Source of the DNA: Oscillospiraceae bacterium
GTDB taxonomy: Bacteria; Bacillota; Clostridia; Oscillospirales; JAKOTC01
Direction: 5' to 3'
Length of the DNA stretch: 64,000 bases
Assembly: GCA_035353335.1 (NCBI GenBank)
Contig: DAOPZJ010000002.1
Coordinates: 4,703 to 68,702 of the forward strand
Positions 1-7,584 of this stretch are shown here, piece by piece. The notes under the pieces were generated by a model. The model was not told the DNA's origin. It saw nothing but the letters and a program-made list of their open reading frames with translations, and did not search any database. Each line of letters opens with the position of its first letter. Position 1 is the stretch's first letter. Both the position numbers and the translations under genes were made by a program.

Positions 1-37
1 CGGCGGCGGACGAGAAAACGTCCGCCGCCGATTTTTC
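1..37 (+). terminator. Rho-independent terminator-like hairpin at window edge
   Basis: Perfect 12-bp stem CGGCGGCGGACG / CGTCCGCCGCCG (1-12, 19-30) with loop AGAAAA, followed by ATTTTTC. It lies just downstream of the minus-strand stop at 50, so it may serve either strand. Confidence 0.6.
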
Positions 38-49
38 ATTTCAATTCGC

Positions 50-694
50 CTATTTTTTCCCCTTCGGCGGGAAATAATTTTGAATCATGCGTTTGGTCTG
101 CTGCAATTGTGTCGATATTAAAATGATGACTTGTCCCGGGATGCCGATCGTAAAAATCAGGGCGATGTTTTCCTCCAAAAACAGAATATAAAGAGAAAAC
201 AAAATGCCCCACATCAACAGCGAAACAATCAAATAGTTCCACTTTTTGTTGCGGCCCCAGATCGAATTGAACACCAGAGCCACAATGCAAGAAATCGGCA
301 CCGCATAGATAAAAATCGTCCAGAGCCGCAATTTGATACCGATCAGATATAACACGGCAAACAAAATCGTTGCCACTAACCAGACCGCTGCAGTCGCCAA
401 TAAAGCGATGGTCACATGGTTTTTCCGGCGTGCGGCGGCAATCTCGTCTGGCATTACCTCGGGCTCGGGTAGTTTGTCATCAGTATGTTCAAATAACAGA
501 AAATCGACCGTCACCCCGAACAGGTCGGCGATCTCTTTTAAAACGGCTATATCGGGAAGCGACTCGCCGCGCTCCCATTTTGATATCGCTTTGTCCGAGT
601 AGTGCAGCTTTTCCGCGAGAGTGATTTGGGTCATTCCGGCCGCACGGCGCAGGGATGCGATATTTTGCGAGATTAAGTGTTTCAGGTTTTCCAT
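50..694 (-). CDS. XRE-family HTH transcriptional regulator with C-terminal multi-pass membrane domain
   Basis: N-terminus has a classic HTH_3 pattern (MTQITLAEKLHYSDKAISKWERGESLPDIAVLKEIADLFGVTVDFLL). The C-terminal ~120 aa contains about four hydrophobic segments (e.g. VTIALLATAAVWLVATILFAVLYLIGI). Confidence 0.85.
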   Translation of the reverse strand: MENLKHLISQNIASLRRAAGMTQITLAEKLHYSDKAISKWERGESLPDIAVLKEIADLFGVTVDFLLFEHTDDKLPEPEVMPDEIAAARRKNHVTIALLATAAVWLVATILFAVLYLIGIKLRLWTIFIYAVPISCIVALVFNSIWGRNKKWNYLIVSLLMWGILFSLYILFLEENIALIFTIGIPGQVIILISTQLQQTKRMIQNYFPPKGKK

Positions 695-701
695 GGTAAT
701 A

Positions 702-839
702 TTCTACCACATCAAAATTTAAAATGCAACAGCGAAATTTGGCTGTATAACGCGAAATTCTACCAACAGTAGAGACACTCAAAACCGTCTCTACCGCCCC
801 TATTTGCAAGGTAGAAACACATTCGGCAACAGTAGGTGG
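702..839. promoter_or_regulatory. Divergent control region with repeated TCTACC/GGTAGA half-sites
   Basis: TTCTACC at 702-708 and 758-764. GTAGAGAC (769-776) pairs with GTCTCTAC (787-794). GGTAGAA at 810-816 and GTAGGTGG at 832-839. Located between the XRE gene and the acyl-CoA ligase gene. Confidence 0.3.
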
Positions 840-901
840 TATTCGGAATCAAAATGCGATAAAAATAAAGCAGAACATATTCCGAAGGGAGTGCATTTTT
901 A

Positions 902-2587
902 ATGGCAAAATCGAGAAAACCGAAGGGTAAAATCACCTATTATCAGGTTGAAAAATTTTCAACCCTGCGTGAAATGCTGGACAAATCCGCCGCCGAAGCC
1001 GGCGATACTGTCGCATTCCGCTATAAAGAAAACGAGCATGATTACGAAAAGACCTACTCCGAATTTTTATCCGATACCGAAGCTCTCGGCGCGGCTCTGA
1101 CCGATCTCGGGCATCGCACCGACCACATCGCATGCATCGGCATTAACAGCTACCGCTGGGCTGTGACTTACCTGACCGTGGTCAAGAGCGCCTGCGTATT
1201 CGTTCCGATCGACAAAGAGCTTCCCTCCGACGACATCATCAACATTCTCATTCACAGCGACAGCCGCGCGGTTTTCTGCGATGCGCACTACCTTCCGATT
1301 CTCAAGGAAAACGCACACCGCCTGCCCGACATCGAGAACGTGATTTGTTTTGACAAGACCGACGCGGCAATTGGAACTTTACGTCTGTACGACTTCGACA
1401 CTCTACTCGAGAACGGCAAGTCCATGGATAAGCATGAGTACGATATACTACAAAACGACCCGATGAAGTTACGTATGCTGGTGTATACTTCCGGAACGAC
1501 CGGCATGGCAAAAGGAGTCATGCTGTCCGAACACAACCTCGTCTCGAGCATTTATTACGGCCTCCAGGTCTCGACGGTCTATGACACCTGCCTCTCGGTA
1601 CTGCCCTATCACCATACCTACGAGGCGGTCAGCGGCATTTTGGTCTCACTGCACCACCATTCCACAATCTGCATCAACGATAAAATCCGCAATGTCCAAA
1701 AGAATCTGATGCAATATCACCCCTCCTATGTCTATCTGGTTCCGGCATTCGCGGAGTTTTTCTATAAAAAGATCAACGAGAGCATCGACAAGACCGGCAA
1801 GCGTCAGGATTTTGACAAAGCAATCAAGATTTCAAATGCCCTACTCAAAGTGGGCATCGACGTCCGCCGCAAGCTGTTTAAAAACATCCACGAGCAGTTC
1901 GGCGGGCGGCTTATCAAGATCGTGTGCGGCGGCGCTCCGATCCGGCCCGAAGTCGGCGATTTTTTCAACGCCATCGGCATCAACCTGATCAACGGTTATG
2001 GCATTACCGAGTGCTCGCCGCTGGTCTCGGCTAACAATGACACCTTCAATGATCCCACGACGGTCGGCGTTAAATTGCCTTGTGTCGACATCAAAATCGA
2101 CAATGAGACCGAAGACGGCACCGGCGAAATCTGTGTGCGCGGCGACGTCGTGATGATGGGCTATTATAAAAACCTCGAACAGACCGCCAAAGTGTTAGTC
2201 GACGGTTGGTTTTATACCGGCGACTACGGCCGTATGAACGATTACGGCCAGCTCTTGATTACAGGCCGCAAAAAGAATATTATCGTGCTCTCGAACGGCA
2301 AAAACGTCTATCCCGAGGAGATCGAGGCCTACATTGCCCGCCTGCCCTACATCACCGATGTCATTGTGAGTTCCGACGCAAGTAAACACGGCGAGCAGTT
2401 TTCGTTGATCGCAGAAATTTATTGCGAAGAGGGCGTCAGCGACCACTCGAATCTGGATGTTCTCGGCGAAATTCAAAGCGCCTGCGCGGGCCTTCCGCCG
2501 TATAAGATGATCTCGAAAGTCGTCATCCGCACGGAACCGTTCCCCAAGACCACGACCAACAAAATCAAGCGCAACTATGCGAGTTAA
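902..2587 (+). CDS. Long-chain fatty acid--CoA ligase (AMP-dependent synthetase/ligase family)
   Basis: 561 aa. AMP-binding signature YTSGTTGMAKGVMLSEHN, later GYGITECSP and YTGDYG motifs typical of acyl-CoA synthetases. RBS-like GAAGGGAG upstream. Confidence 0.9.
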   Translation: MAKSRKPKGKITYYQVEKFSTLREMLDKSAAEAGDTVAFRYKENEHDYEKTYSEFLSDTEALGAALTDLGHRTDHIACIGINSYRWAVTYLTVVKSACVFVPIDKELPSDDIINILIHSDSRAVFCDAHYLPILKENAHRLPDIENVICFDKTDAAIGTLRLYDFDTLLENGKSMDKHEYDILQNDPMKLRMLVYTSGTTGMAKGVMLSEHNLVSSIYYGLQVSTVYDTCLSVLPYHHTYEAVSGILVSLHHHSTICINDKIRNVQKNLMQYHPSYVYLVPAFAEFFYKKINESIDKTGKRQDFDKAIKISNALLKVGIDVRRKLFKNIHEQFGGRLIKIVCGGAPIRPEVGDFFNAIGINLINGYGITECSPLVSANNDTFNDPTTVGVKLPCVDIKIDNETEDGTGEICVRGDVVMMGYYKNLEQTAKVLVDGWFYTGDYGRMNDYGQLLITGRKKNIIVLSNGKNVYPEEIEAYIARLPYITDVIVSSDASKHGEQFSLIAEIYCEEGVSDHSNLDVLGEIQSACAGLPPYKMISKVVIRTEPFPKTTTNKIKRNYAS

Positions 2588-2654
2588 GCGCTAAAGATAG
2601 GGAGCTGCGATCTCGGCGCACCATTCGGACCGGAAATGTTAATTTAAAAACTCA

Positions 2655-2695
2655 AAAAGCCGTGTGCAATCATCAAATGCATACGGCTTTTATTT
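2655..2695 (+). terminator. Rho-independent terminator after the acyl-CoA ligase gene
   Basis: Stem AAAAGCCGTGTGCA / TGCATACGGCTTTT (one mismatch) followed by TTTTATTT. Confidence 0.6.
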
Positions 2696-3008
2696 CCGAA
2701 CCGAATTCGTCTATTCTTGAAACTACTATTGCGATTTTCCTTTTTTGCTTAAATCTACCTTAAGATAAAATTACCAAACCGTTTTTATTTTATCATGAAT
2801 CCGGAGAAAAATCAAACTTCGCTTTTTGAATTTTTTTAATTTTTAAAACGGCGAAAAATGAGAATTCAAAACACGGAGCGCTTTCCATGTGAAATGGCAT
2901 ACATTTGCGCGTTTTGGGACAATTCAAAAGTCGTTTTTGCGCATACTAACCGACGGAATCTCTTTGAGATTTCATATTGATTTTGTCAAAATAAATAAAC
3001 AGGCAGGT

Positions 3009-3635
3009 GTGAATTTGAAACAAAAATTCAAAACGACATTGTCGGTTCTTTTGGCATCAATTTTGCTGTTTATGATATCGGTCTTCCCGATGGCCGCGCA
3101 GACCGCCACTTATAAAGTGGTCAAAGGTGACACCCTATGGAAGATTGCCGTCAAGTATCAGGTGGGCGTCAGTGAGATCATCGCGCTCAACCCGCAGATT
3201 ACAAATCCCGCTCTGATCTACCCCGATCAAGTCATCAAGATCCCGCTGCCGGACGCCCAGCAACTGGCGTATGAGCAAAAGGTCGTGGACCTGGTGAACC
3301 AAGCCCGAAAGTCCAACGGTCTGAAACCGCTGACCATCAACTGGCAGCTGGCACGCGTTGCCCGCTATAAGGCGCAGGATATGCACGATAAGCACTATTT
3401 TTCGCATACGAGCCCGACTTACGGCTCGCCGTTCGATATGATGAAAGCCTTCGGCATCACTTACCGAAGTGCAGGTGAAAACATTGCGATGGGTTATACA
3501 ACTCCGCAAAGCGTCTTCGACGGTTGGATGAACTCTCCGGGACATCGGGCGAATATTCTGAACGCAAGTTACACTCAGATCGGCGTCGGTTTCTTCGAAG
3601 AGGGCTATTATTGGTCCCAGATGTTCATCGGGTAA
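3009..3635 (+). CDS. Secreted LysM + CAP/SCP (YkwD-like) domain protein
   Basis: The signal-peptide-like N-terminus (KQKFKTTLSVLLASILLFMISVFPMAAQ) starts at in-frame GTG 3009 or TTG 3015, after AGGCAGG. LysM motif YKVVKGDTLWKIAVKYQVGVSEIIALNP. C-terminal CAP/SCP motifs (HYFSHTSP, GENIA, W..S.GHRANIL). The ORF-track start at 2889 is probably a spurious extension. Confidence 0.8.
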   Translation: MNLKQKFKTTLSVLLASILLFMISVFPMAAQTATYKVVKGDTLWKIAVKYQVGVSEIIALNPQITNPALIYPDQVIKIPLPDAQQLAYEQKVVDLVNQARKSNGLKPLTINWQLARVARYKAQDMHDKHYFSHTSPTYGSPFDMMKAFGITYRSAGENIAMGYTTPQSVFDGWMNSPGHRANILNASYTQIGVGFFEEGYYWSQMFIG

Positions 3636-3654
3636 TCATTTAATAATTTTTTAT

Positions 3655-3684
3655 CGCCGCTCCGTCACCCGGGCGGCGTTTTTA
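3655..3684 (+). terminator. Rho-independent terminator
   Basis: CGCCGC(T)CCG ... CGGGCGGCG hairpin followed by TTTTTA. Confidence 0.55.
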
Positions 3685-3779
3685 TGACGAATGAATTGAC
3701 ATTGCTCTGCCCAAATGATAGGATAACAACGAAATCATTTTAAAGAATTTGAATTCACGTAAGAGGAAAGGAAACCTTT

Positions 3780-4004
3780 ATGACCGGTCAAAAATTCGAT
3801 AAAGATGCCTGTATAGCCCTCTTGCGCGAAAAACAACAGTCGCTTTCCGAAAAGAGGCTTAAGCGTTATCCTCAGCGCGGTGATTTTTCAGTCGAAGAAA
3901 TTGTTGCAATCAAAGCGTATTTCGGCCCATGGCCGCGGGCGCTCGAAGCTGCCGGTTTAAAACCGCCGCGCCCAATTGACCCAAAGCGGAAAGCAAGACG
4001 ATAA
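3780..4004 (+). CDS. Small protein resembling a single homing-endonuclease-associated (HNH_repeat-like) repeat
   Basis: 74 aa. Good RBS (AGAGGAAAGGAAA) upstream. The pattern ...YP.RGDFS.EEI..IKAYFGPWPRALEAAGL matches, from memory, the repeat that ends FGSW..AL..AGL. No nuclease domain is present. Confidence 0.5.
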   Translation: MTGQKFDKDACIALLREKQQSLSEKRLKRYPQRGDFSVEEIVAIKAYFGPWPRALEAAGLKPPRPIDPKRKARR

Positions 4005-4050
4005 CATTTTGCTTGAATAGAAATGAAAAACAAAATGCGGCCAATCTAGC

Positions 4051-4092
4051 AAAAACCGGGCGTCACGACATCGGACGCCCGGTTTATTTTTT
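4051..4092. terminator. Bidirectional Rho-independent terminator between convergent small genes
   Basis: AAACCGGGCGTC / GACGCCCGGTTT 12-bp stem, flanked by an A-run on the left and TTTATTTTTT on the right. Confidence 0.7.
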
Positions 4093-4112
4093 AAAAAGGT
4101 ATACAATAGACT

Positions 4113-4358
4113 TCAAGAGATGGTTGCCAACAAATCCTCCGTAATTTCCTGCATTTGGCACAAGTCCACCTGATTGCTGTTCATTAAATCGACCAGTGTG
4201 TCTGCAGTTTCACGCGAAGTCGTAACGTCCCGGAGCATGCATATCCCACTCCGGAAACGCTCCCGCCCAATAATCGCATAACCCTCATGCGATCCCGCCT
4301 GGCAGTCCGTGTACTTTTCGCAAGCTGTTTTGTACTGAAATTTGCCGAAACTCAACAT
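4113..4358 (-). CDS. Hypothetical 81-aa protein (candidate ECF-sigma regulon member)
   Basis: ORF with ATG start and no recognisable domain. It is preceded at ~120 nt by promoter-like motif copy 1, which is shared with the sigma and anti-sigma genes. Confidence 0.55.
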   Translation of the reverse strand: MLSFGKFQYKTACEKYTDCQAGSHEGYAIIGRERFRSGICMLRDVTTSRETADTLVDLMNSNQVDLCQMQEITEDLLATIS

Positions 4359-4480
4359 GACTTTTTTGCTCCATTCGAAATTTTGTTTTGTTTTTTAGTG
4401 AATGCACGGTGAAACCCCGTTTCATCCGGTCATTTGCGGCTGCAGCCTGCACTGCTTAATATTGGGACCGGATACCATGG

Positions 4481-4527
4481 TTTTCCCCTCTGCATATATA
4501 AACAATCGAAAAGGCCGTTTTCTTACA
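4481..4527 (-). promoter_or_regulatory. Promoter-like motif copy 1 (putative ECF-type promoter)
   Basis: Minus-strand reading TGTAAGAAAACGGCCTTTTCGATTGTTTATATATGCAGAGGGGAAAA. Near-identical architecture to copies at 5160-5207 and 5817-5860. Confidence 0.4.
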
Positions 4528-4856
4528 TTTCAATAAAAAAATTGTTAAAAAATATTTCGACATATTTCGACAAATAGATGAAAAATATACCTTACGGCTT
4601 TAAATAGCCATATTTTAACTTTTATCAGAAAGAGATTTCCATTTATTTTACAGCAGGATTATCACTCTCATCCTTTTACTGATCTTCGACATGCGAATAG
4701 ATCAGATAAAAGGCGCGTTCTTCAACCGAAAATATAAGCAGTTTACGATTGAAAACTACTTCTCGACCGGCCTATTTAACCGTTTCGAGCTCATTTCCGA
4801 CGAAACCGCTTTCATAAATATATGGGTTTTTAATGATTTTATTTTTTCTTACGATA

Positions 4857-5126
4857 TCAAATTCCTTTGACCAGCGCGGCGCCTGCGGCCAGCGACATCA
4901 GAATAATAACCGCCACTGCGGCGACTCTGAATATTATGGCGGCGACATACCGACGGTGTTTTTTTACAAACCCCTCCGGATGGCGCAGCATCTGTTCTTT
5001 CCGTGTTAAATACCGTTTGCTGAACGAGACATTTTCACCTTCTGCTTTCTCAATGACACCCGCATAGTCAGAAAGCAGCGAGTCCGTCAGCGCCTCTTTC
5101 AGTACCGCATCCAATTGATCGCCCAT
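4857..5126 (-). CDS. Putative membrane-anchored anti-sigma factor (short, single TM)
   Basis: 89 aa, immediately downstream of the ECF sigma gene. Cytoplasmic N-terminal part, then basic stretch KKHRRY followed by TM segment VAAIIFRVAAVAVIILMSLAAGAALV. Confidence 0.6.
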   Translation of the reverse strand: MGDQLDAVLKEALTDSLLSDYAGVIEKAEGENVSFSKRYLTRKEQMLRHPEGFVKKHRRYVAAIIFRVAAVAVIILMSLAAGAALVKGI

Positions 5127-5159
5127 TTTTTAATCCTCCCAATCGGATTTTAAGGGAAC

Positions 5160-5207
5160 TTTTCCCCTTCACTATATAAAACAATTAAGAAGGCTGTTTT
5201 CTGACAC
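5160..5207 (-). promoter_or_regulatory. Promoter-like motif copy 2
   Basis: Minus-strand reading GTGTCAGAAAACAGCCTTCTTAATTGTTTTATATAGTGAAGGGGAAAA, 34 nt upstream of the anti-sigma-like start. Confidence 0.4.
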
Positions 5208-5218
5208 CTGATAAAAAT

Positions 5219-5803
5219 TTATTTGGAAATTTTCGTATTTTGGAGTTGATTTATATTTTCCTCTCTCATCAGTTTACGAATTAACATTTCTTTACCTCGC
5301 TTGATGCGGGTTCCGAGGATTTTTTCTTCGATATTGAGTTCCCGTTCGATCTCTTCATAACTCCACTCGCACACAATGCGCAGATATAAAACATCTTCAT
5401 ACACCGATGGCAATTCTCTTATTGACTCTTTCAGCCGTCGGTAATTGATCTCATTTTTAAAACCTTCAATCGTTCTGTCTGTTTCCGCCGCATACCAATC
5501 CTGTGGGTTAAAATACTCCACCTGGGATTCTCTTTTCGCGGTATTGAGCGAGATGTGTCTGACGACAACAATCAGCCAGGCCTTCAATTCCTCTTCGTTT
5601 TTTCGTTTCAGTTCCGAAAGATGCTCAATCGCTTTGACAAAAGCGTCCTGAACCGCTTCCTCCGCCTTTTCCTTAGAATGCAGAATCCGGTTTGCAATCA
5701 CAAGCATCAGTTTTTCGTTTTTTTCATAAATTTGCGCGAAAAACAACCGGTCATCTCCGTTGTCAGCCAAAGTCAATAATGTTATAAGCATGATTAACCC
5801 CAT
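5219..5803 (-). CDS. RNA polymerase sigma-70 family ECF-type sigma factor
   Basis: 194 aa. Region 2-like EEAVQDAFVKAIEHL...WLIVVVRHISLN and region 4-like LPSVYEDVLYLRIVCEWSYEEIERELNIEEKILGTRIKRGKEML. An alternative start at ATG 5791 is possible. Confidence 0.85.
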   Translation of the reverse strand: MGLIMLITLLTLADNGDDRLFFAQIYEKNEKLMLVIANRILHSKEKAEEAVQDAFVKAIEHLSELKRKNEEELKAWLIVVVRHISLNTAKRESQVEYFNPQDWYAAETDRTIEGFKNEINYRRLKESIRELPSVYEDVLYLRIVCEWSYEEIERELNIEEKILGTRIKRGKEMLIRKLMREENINQLQNTKISK

Positions 5804-5816
5804 TTACACCTTAATG

Positions 5817-5860
5817 CCTGTTCCCTCTGTATGATATCATAAGAAGGGCCGGTTATCAAG
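5817..5860 (-). promoter_or_regulatory. Promoter-like motif copy 3 (upstream of sigma gene, suggests autoregulation)
   Basis: Minus-strand reading CTTGATAACCGGCCCTTCTTATGATATCATACAGAGGGAACAGG. Shares GCC(C/T)TTCTTA, an A/T-rich -10-like block and an AGAGGG(G)AA tail with copies 1 and 2. Confidence 0.4.
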
Positions 5861-5873
5861 GCGGGTGATGCGG

Positions 5874-5908
5874 CGAAAAAGGGATATGCGGTAATCTCCG
5901 CATATCCC
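5874..5908 (-). terminator. Rho-independent terminator of the HTH-ARH gene
   Basis: Perfect 11-bp stem GGGATATGCGG / CCGCATATCCC (5881-5891, 5898-5908). On the minus strand it is followed by TTTTTCGCC. Confidence 0.7.
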
Positions 5909-5936
5909 TCATTCTCATTGATGATATTTATTTCAT

Positions 5937-7523
5937 TCAGCCTTTAATGTGTTTCATCGTCAATTCCGTCATCTCTTCAACCGAGACCGTTCCGACGCCG
6001 AAAATCGAAGTGTCCACTTTTTCGTTGAATACCGAGGTCCAGTGTTTCGGAATGCCCGCCGCGCCGATCGCCATGCCGACAATCGAGCCGACGGTCGCGC
6101 CGTTGCAGTCGGTGTCAAATCCGGTCTGTACCGCAAGGCAGATTGACTTCCCGAAATCAAGCCCCCCGAAAATCAAGGCGGAAACCACAATCAGCGCATT
6201 CGAAATCGTGTGACACCAGTGATATCCCGTACCCTCGTCATAGTTTTTATGAATCCACGCCATGCAGGTCTCGGCGTTCTCTCCGTTGTCGATCATAGCA
6301 AGCAGTTTTTGAATCTCGTCATAAAGCCGCGAGGTTATCGGAATCTGCCGCAGTCCCGCGTTGATGATCTTCCGAACGTCGCTTGTCACCGCCGCATCGG
6401 CAATCATCGCCGCGACGAACATCTCGCCGTAGATGCCGTTTTTCACATGCGAAATCGAGGCATCCCGCCACGCCATATCGGCGGCCTCGACCGGATCACC
6501 GGGGTTTATATAGCCGAAATAGTCGGCCCGAATCTGCGCGCCGATATATTCGCGGAACGGATTTTTAATAATCGCCGAAACCGGCGGATAAAAACCGTTT
6601 ACAAAGTTGACAAATGCCACCCGCTCGGCGGTGCAGTAGGCGTCCTTCGGCTGATTCGCGAGCCAGCATTTTGCCACGTCGATCGGTTGAAATTCCCGCC
6701 CGTATTTTTGGAGCAGCCGGGTCGCCGCCATCACGGTGTAATTGGTGTCGTCGTCGGACGGCGCATTCGGAATGGTCTTTGCATAACTGCGCTTTTTAAT
6801 CGGGAACGTATATTTCGTTGCAATCTCATCGGTGATCTCATCGGCCGTTATATAGCGATGCATCGGATAGTTCCCGGTCTCTTTGAGCAGCGGAATCAGT
6901 TCTTTTGTACGAATACCCTCAATGGGTTTCCCGAGCAAACAACCCGCAATTCTCCCAAGCCATGCGCCCTTGATTTTCTCTTTCAATGTTTTTATGTCAA
7001 CCGGAGCGGCTTTGTCCGAACTGCCCTCACATAATGCCTTGATACCTTCTAAATCGGACGGCTCGTTAAACTTGTAGCCCTCCTGCTTTTTGCAGCTCTT
7101 CAAAAGCCCGTATAAAATCTCGGCCATTTCCTCACGGGCTTTTCCGGGCGGCAGCAGGCTGATCTCGTTGGCGAGCTTTTTATAGGGTTCGATATCATAT
7201 CCCTCGTCCGCCATCTGCACACACTCGATGTGGATGTTGGCTGAATAGACCTCCCACCCGTGCATGTCGGCATAACTCGGTACAAATTCCCGATTAAAAC
7301 GCAGTTCCTCGTCATTATTAGCGGCGGTCTTGGCGCACACCAATCCGTCGAGCGTGACATTAAAATATTCGGCGATTGCGACAAGCTTGTCCAGTTCCGG
7401 TCTTGTCGTGTCCGATTCCCATTTTTGCACCGCCTGCCGCGAGACATGCAGAATGTCCGCCAGTTCCTCCTGCGTCAGTCCTGCTTTGGCGCGCAGCGCT
7501 GCGATTTTGCTTCCGATAGTCAT
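5937..7523 (-). CDS. XRE-HTH domain fused to ADP-ribosylglycohydrolase (DraG/ARH family) domain
   Basis: 528 aa. N-terminus is HTH_3 (LTQEELADILHVSRQAVQKWESDTTRPELDKLVAIAEYFNVTLDGLV). C-terminal ~340 aa carries ARH-family signatures (GAWLGRIAGCLLGKPIEG, SDDDTNYTV, GFDTDCNGATVGSIVG). RBS GGGAGG lies 9 nt upstream of the ATG. Confidence 0.85.
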   Translation of the reverse strand: MTIGSKIAALRAKAGLTQEELADILHVSRQAVQKWESDTTRPELDKLVAIAEYFNVTLDGLVCAKTAANNDEELRFNREFVPSYADMHGWEVYSANIHIECVQMADEGYDIEPYKKLANEISLLPPGKAREEMAEILYGLLKSCKKQEGYKFNEPSDLEGIKALCEGSSDKAAPVDIKTLKEKIKGAWLGRIAGCLLGKPIEGIRTKELIPLLKETGNYPMHRYITADEITDEIATKYTFPIKKRSYAKTIPNAPSDDDTNYTVMAATRLLQKYGREFQPIDVAKCWLANQPKDAYCTAERVAFVNFVNGFYPPVSAIIKNPFREYIGAQIRADYFGYINPGDPVEAADMAWRDASISHVKNGIYGEMFVAAMIADAAVTSDVRKIINAGLRQIPITSRLYDEIQKLLAMIDNGENAETCMAWIHKNYDEGTGYHWCHTISNALIVVSALIFGGLDFGKSICLAVQTGFDTDCNGATVGSIVGMAIGAAGIPKHWTSVFNEKVDTSIFGVGTVSVEEMTELTMKHIKG

Positions 7524-7584
7524 ATCTCATTACCTCCCGGATAAACTCCTGTATAACTCAATTATAGCCGCTTCCGGTTCGAAA

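Noticed and set aside
2889-3008. N-terminal extension of the LysM/CAP protein in the ORF track
   Set aside because: There is no RBS at 2889. The extension precedes an obvious signal peptide, which starts at GTG 3009 or TTG 3015 behind AGGCAGG.
6210-7034. 274-aa plus-strand ORF inside the HTH-ARH gene
   Set aside because: It lies antisense to a gene with clear ARH motifs and is an Arg-rich shadow ORF.
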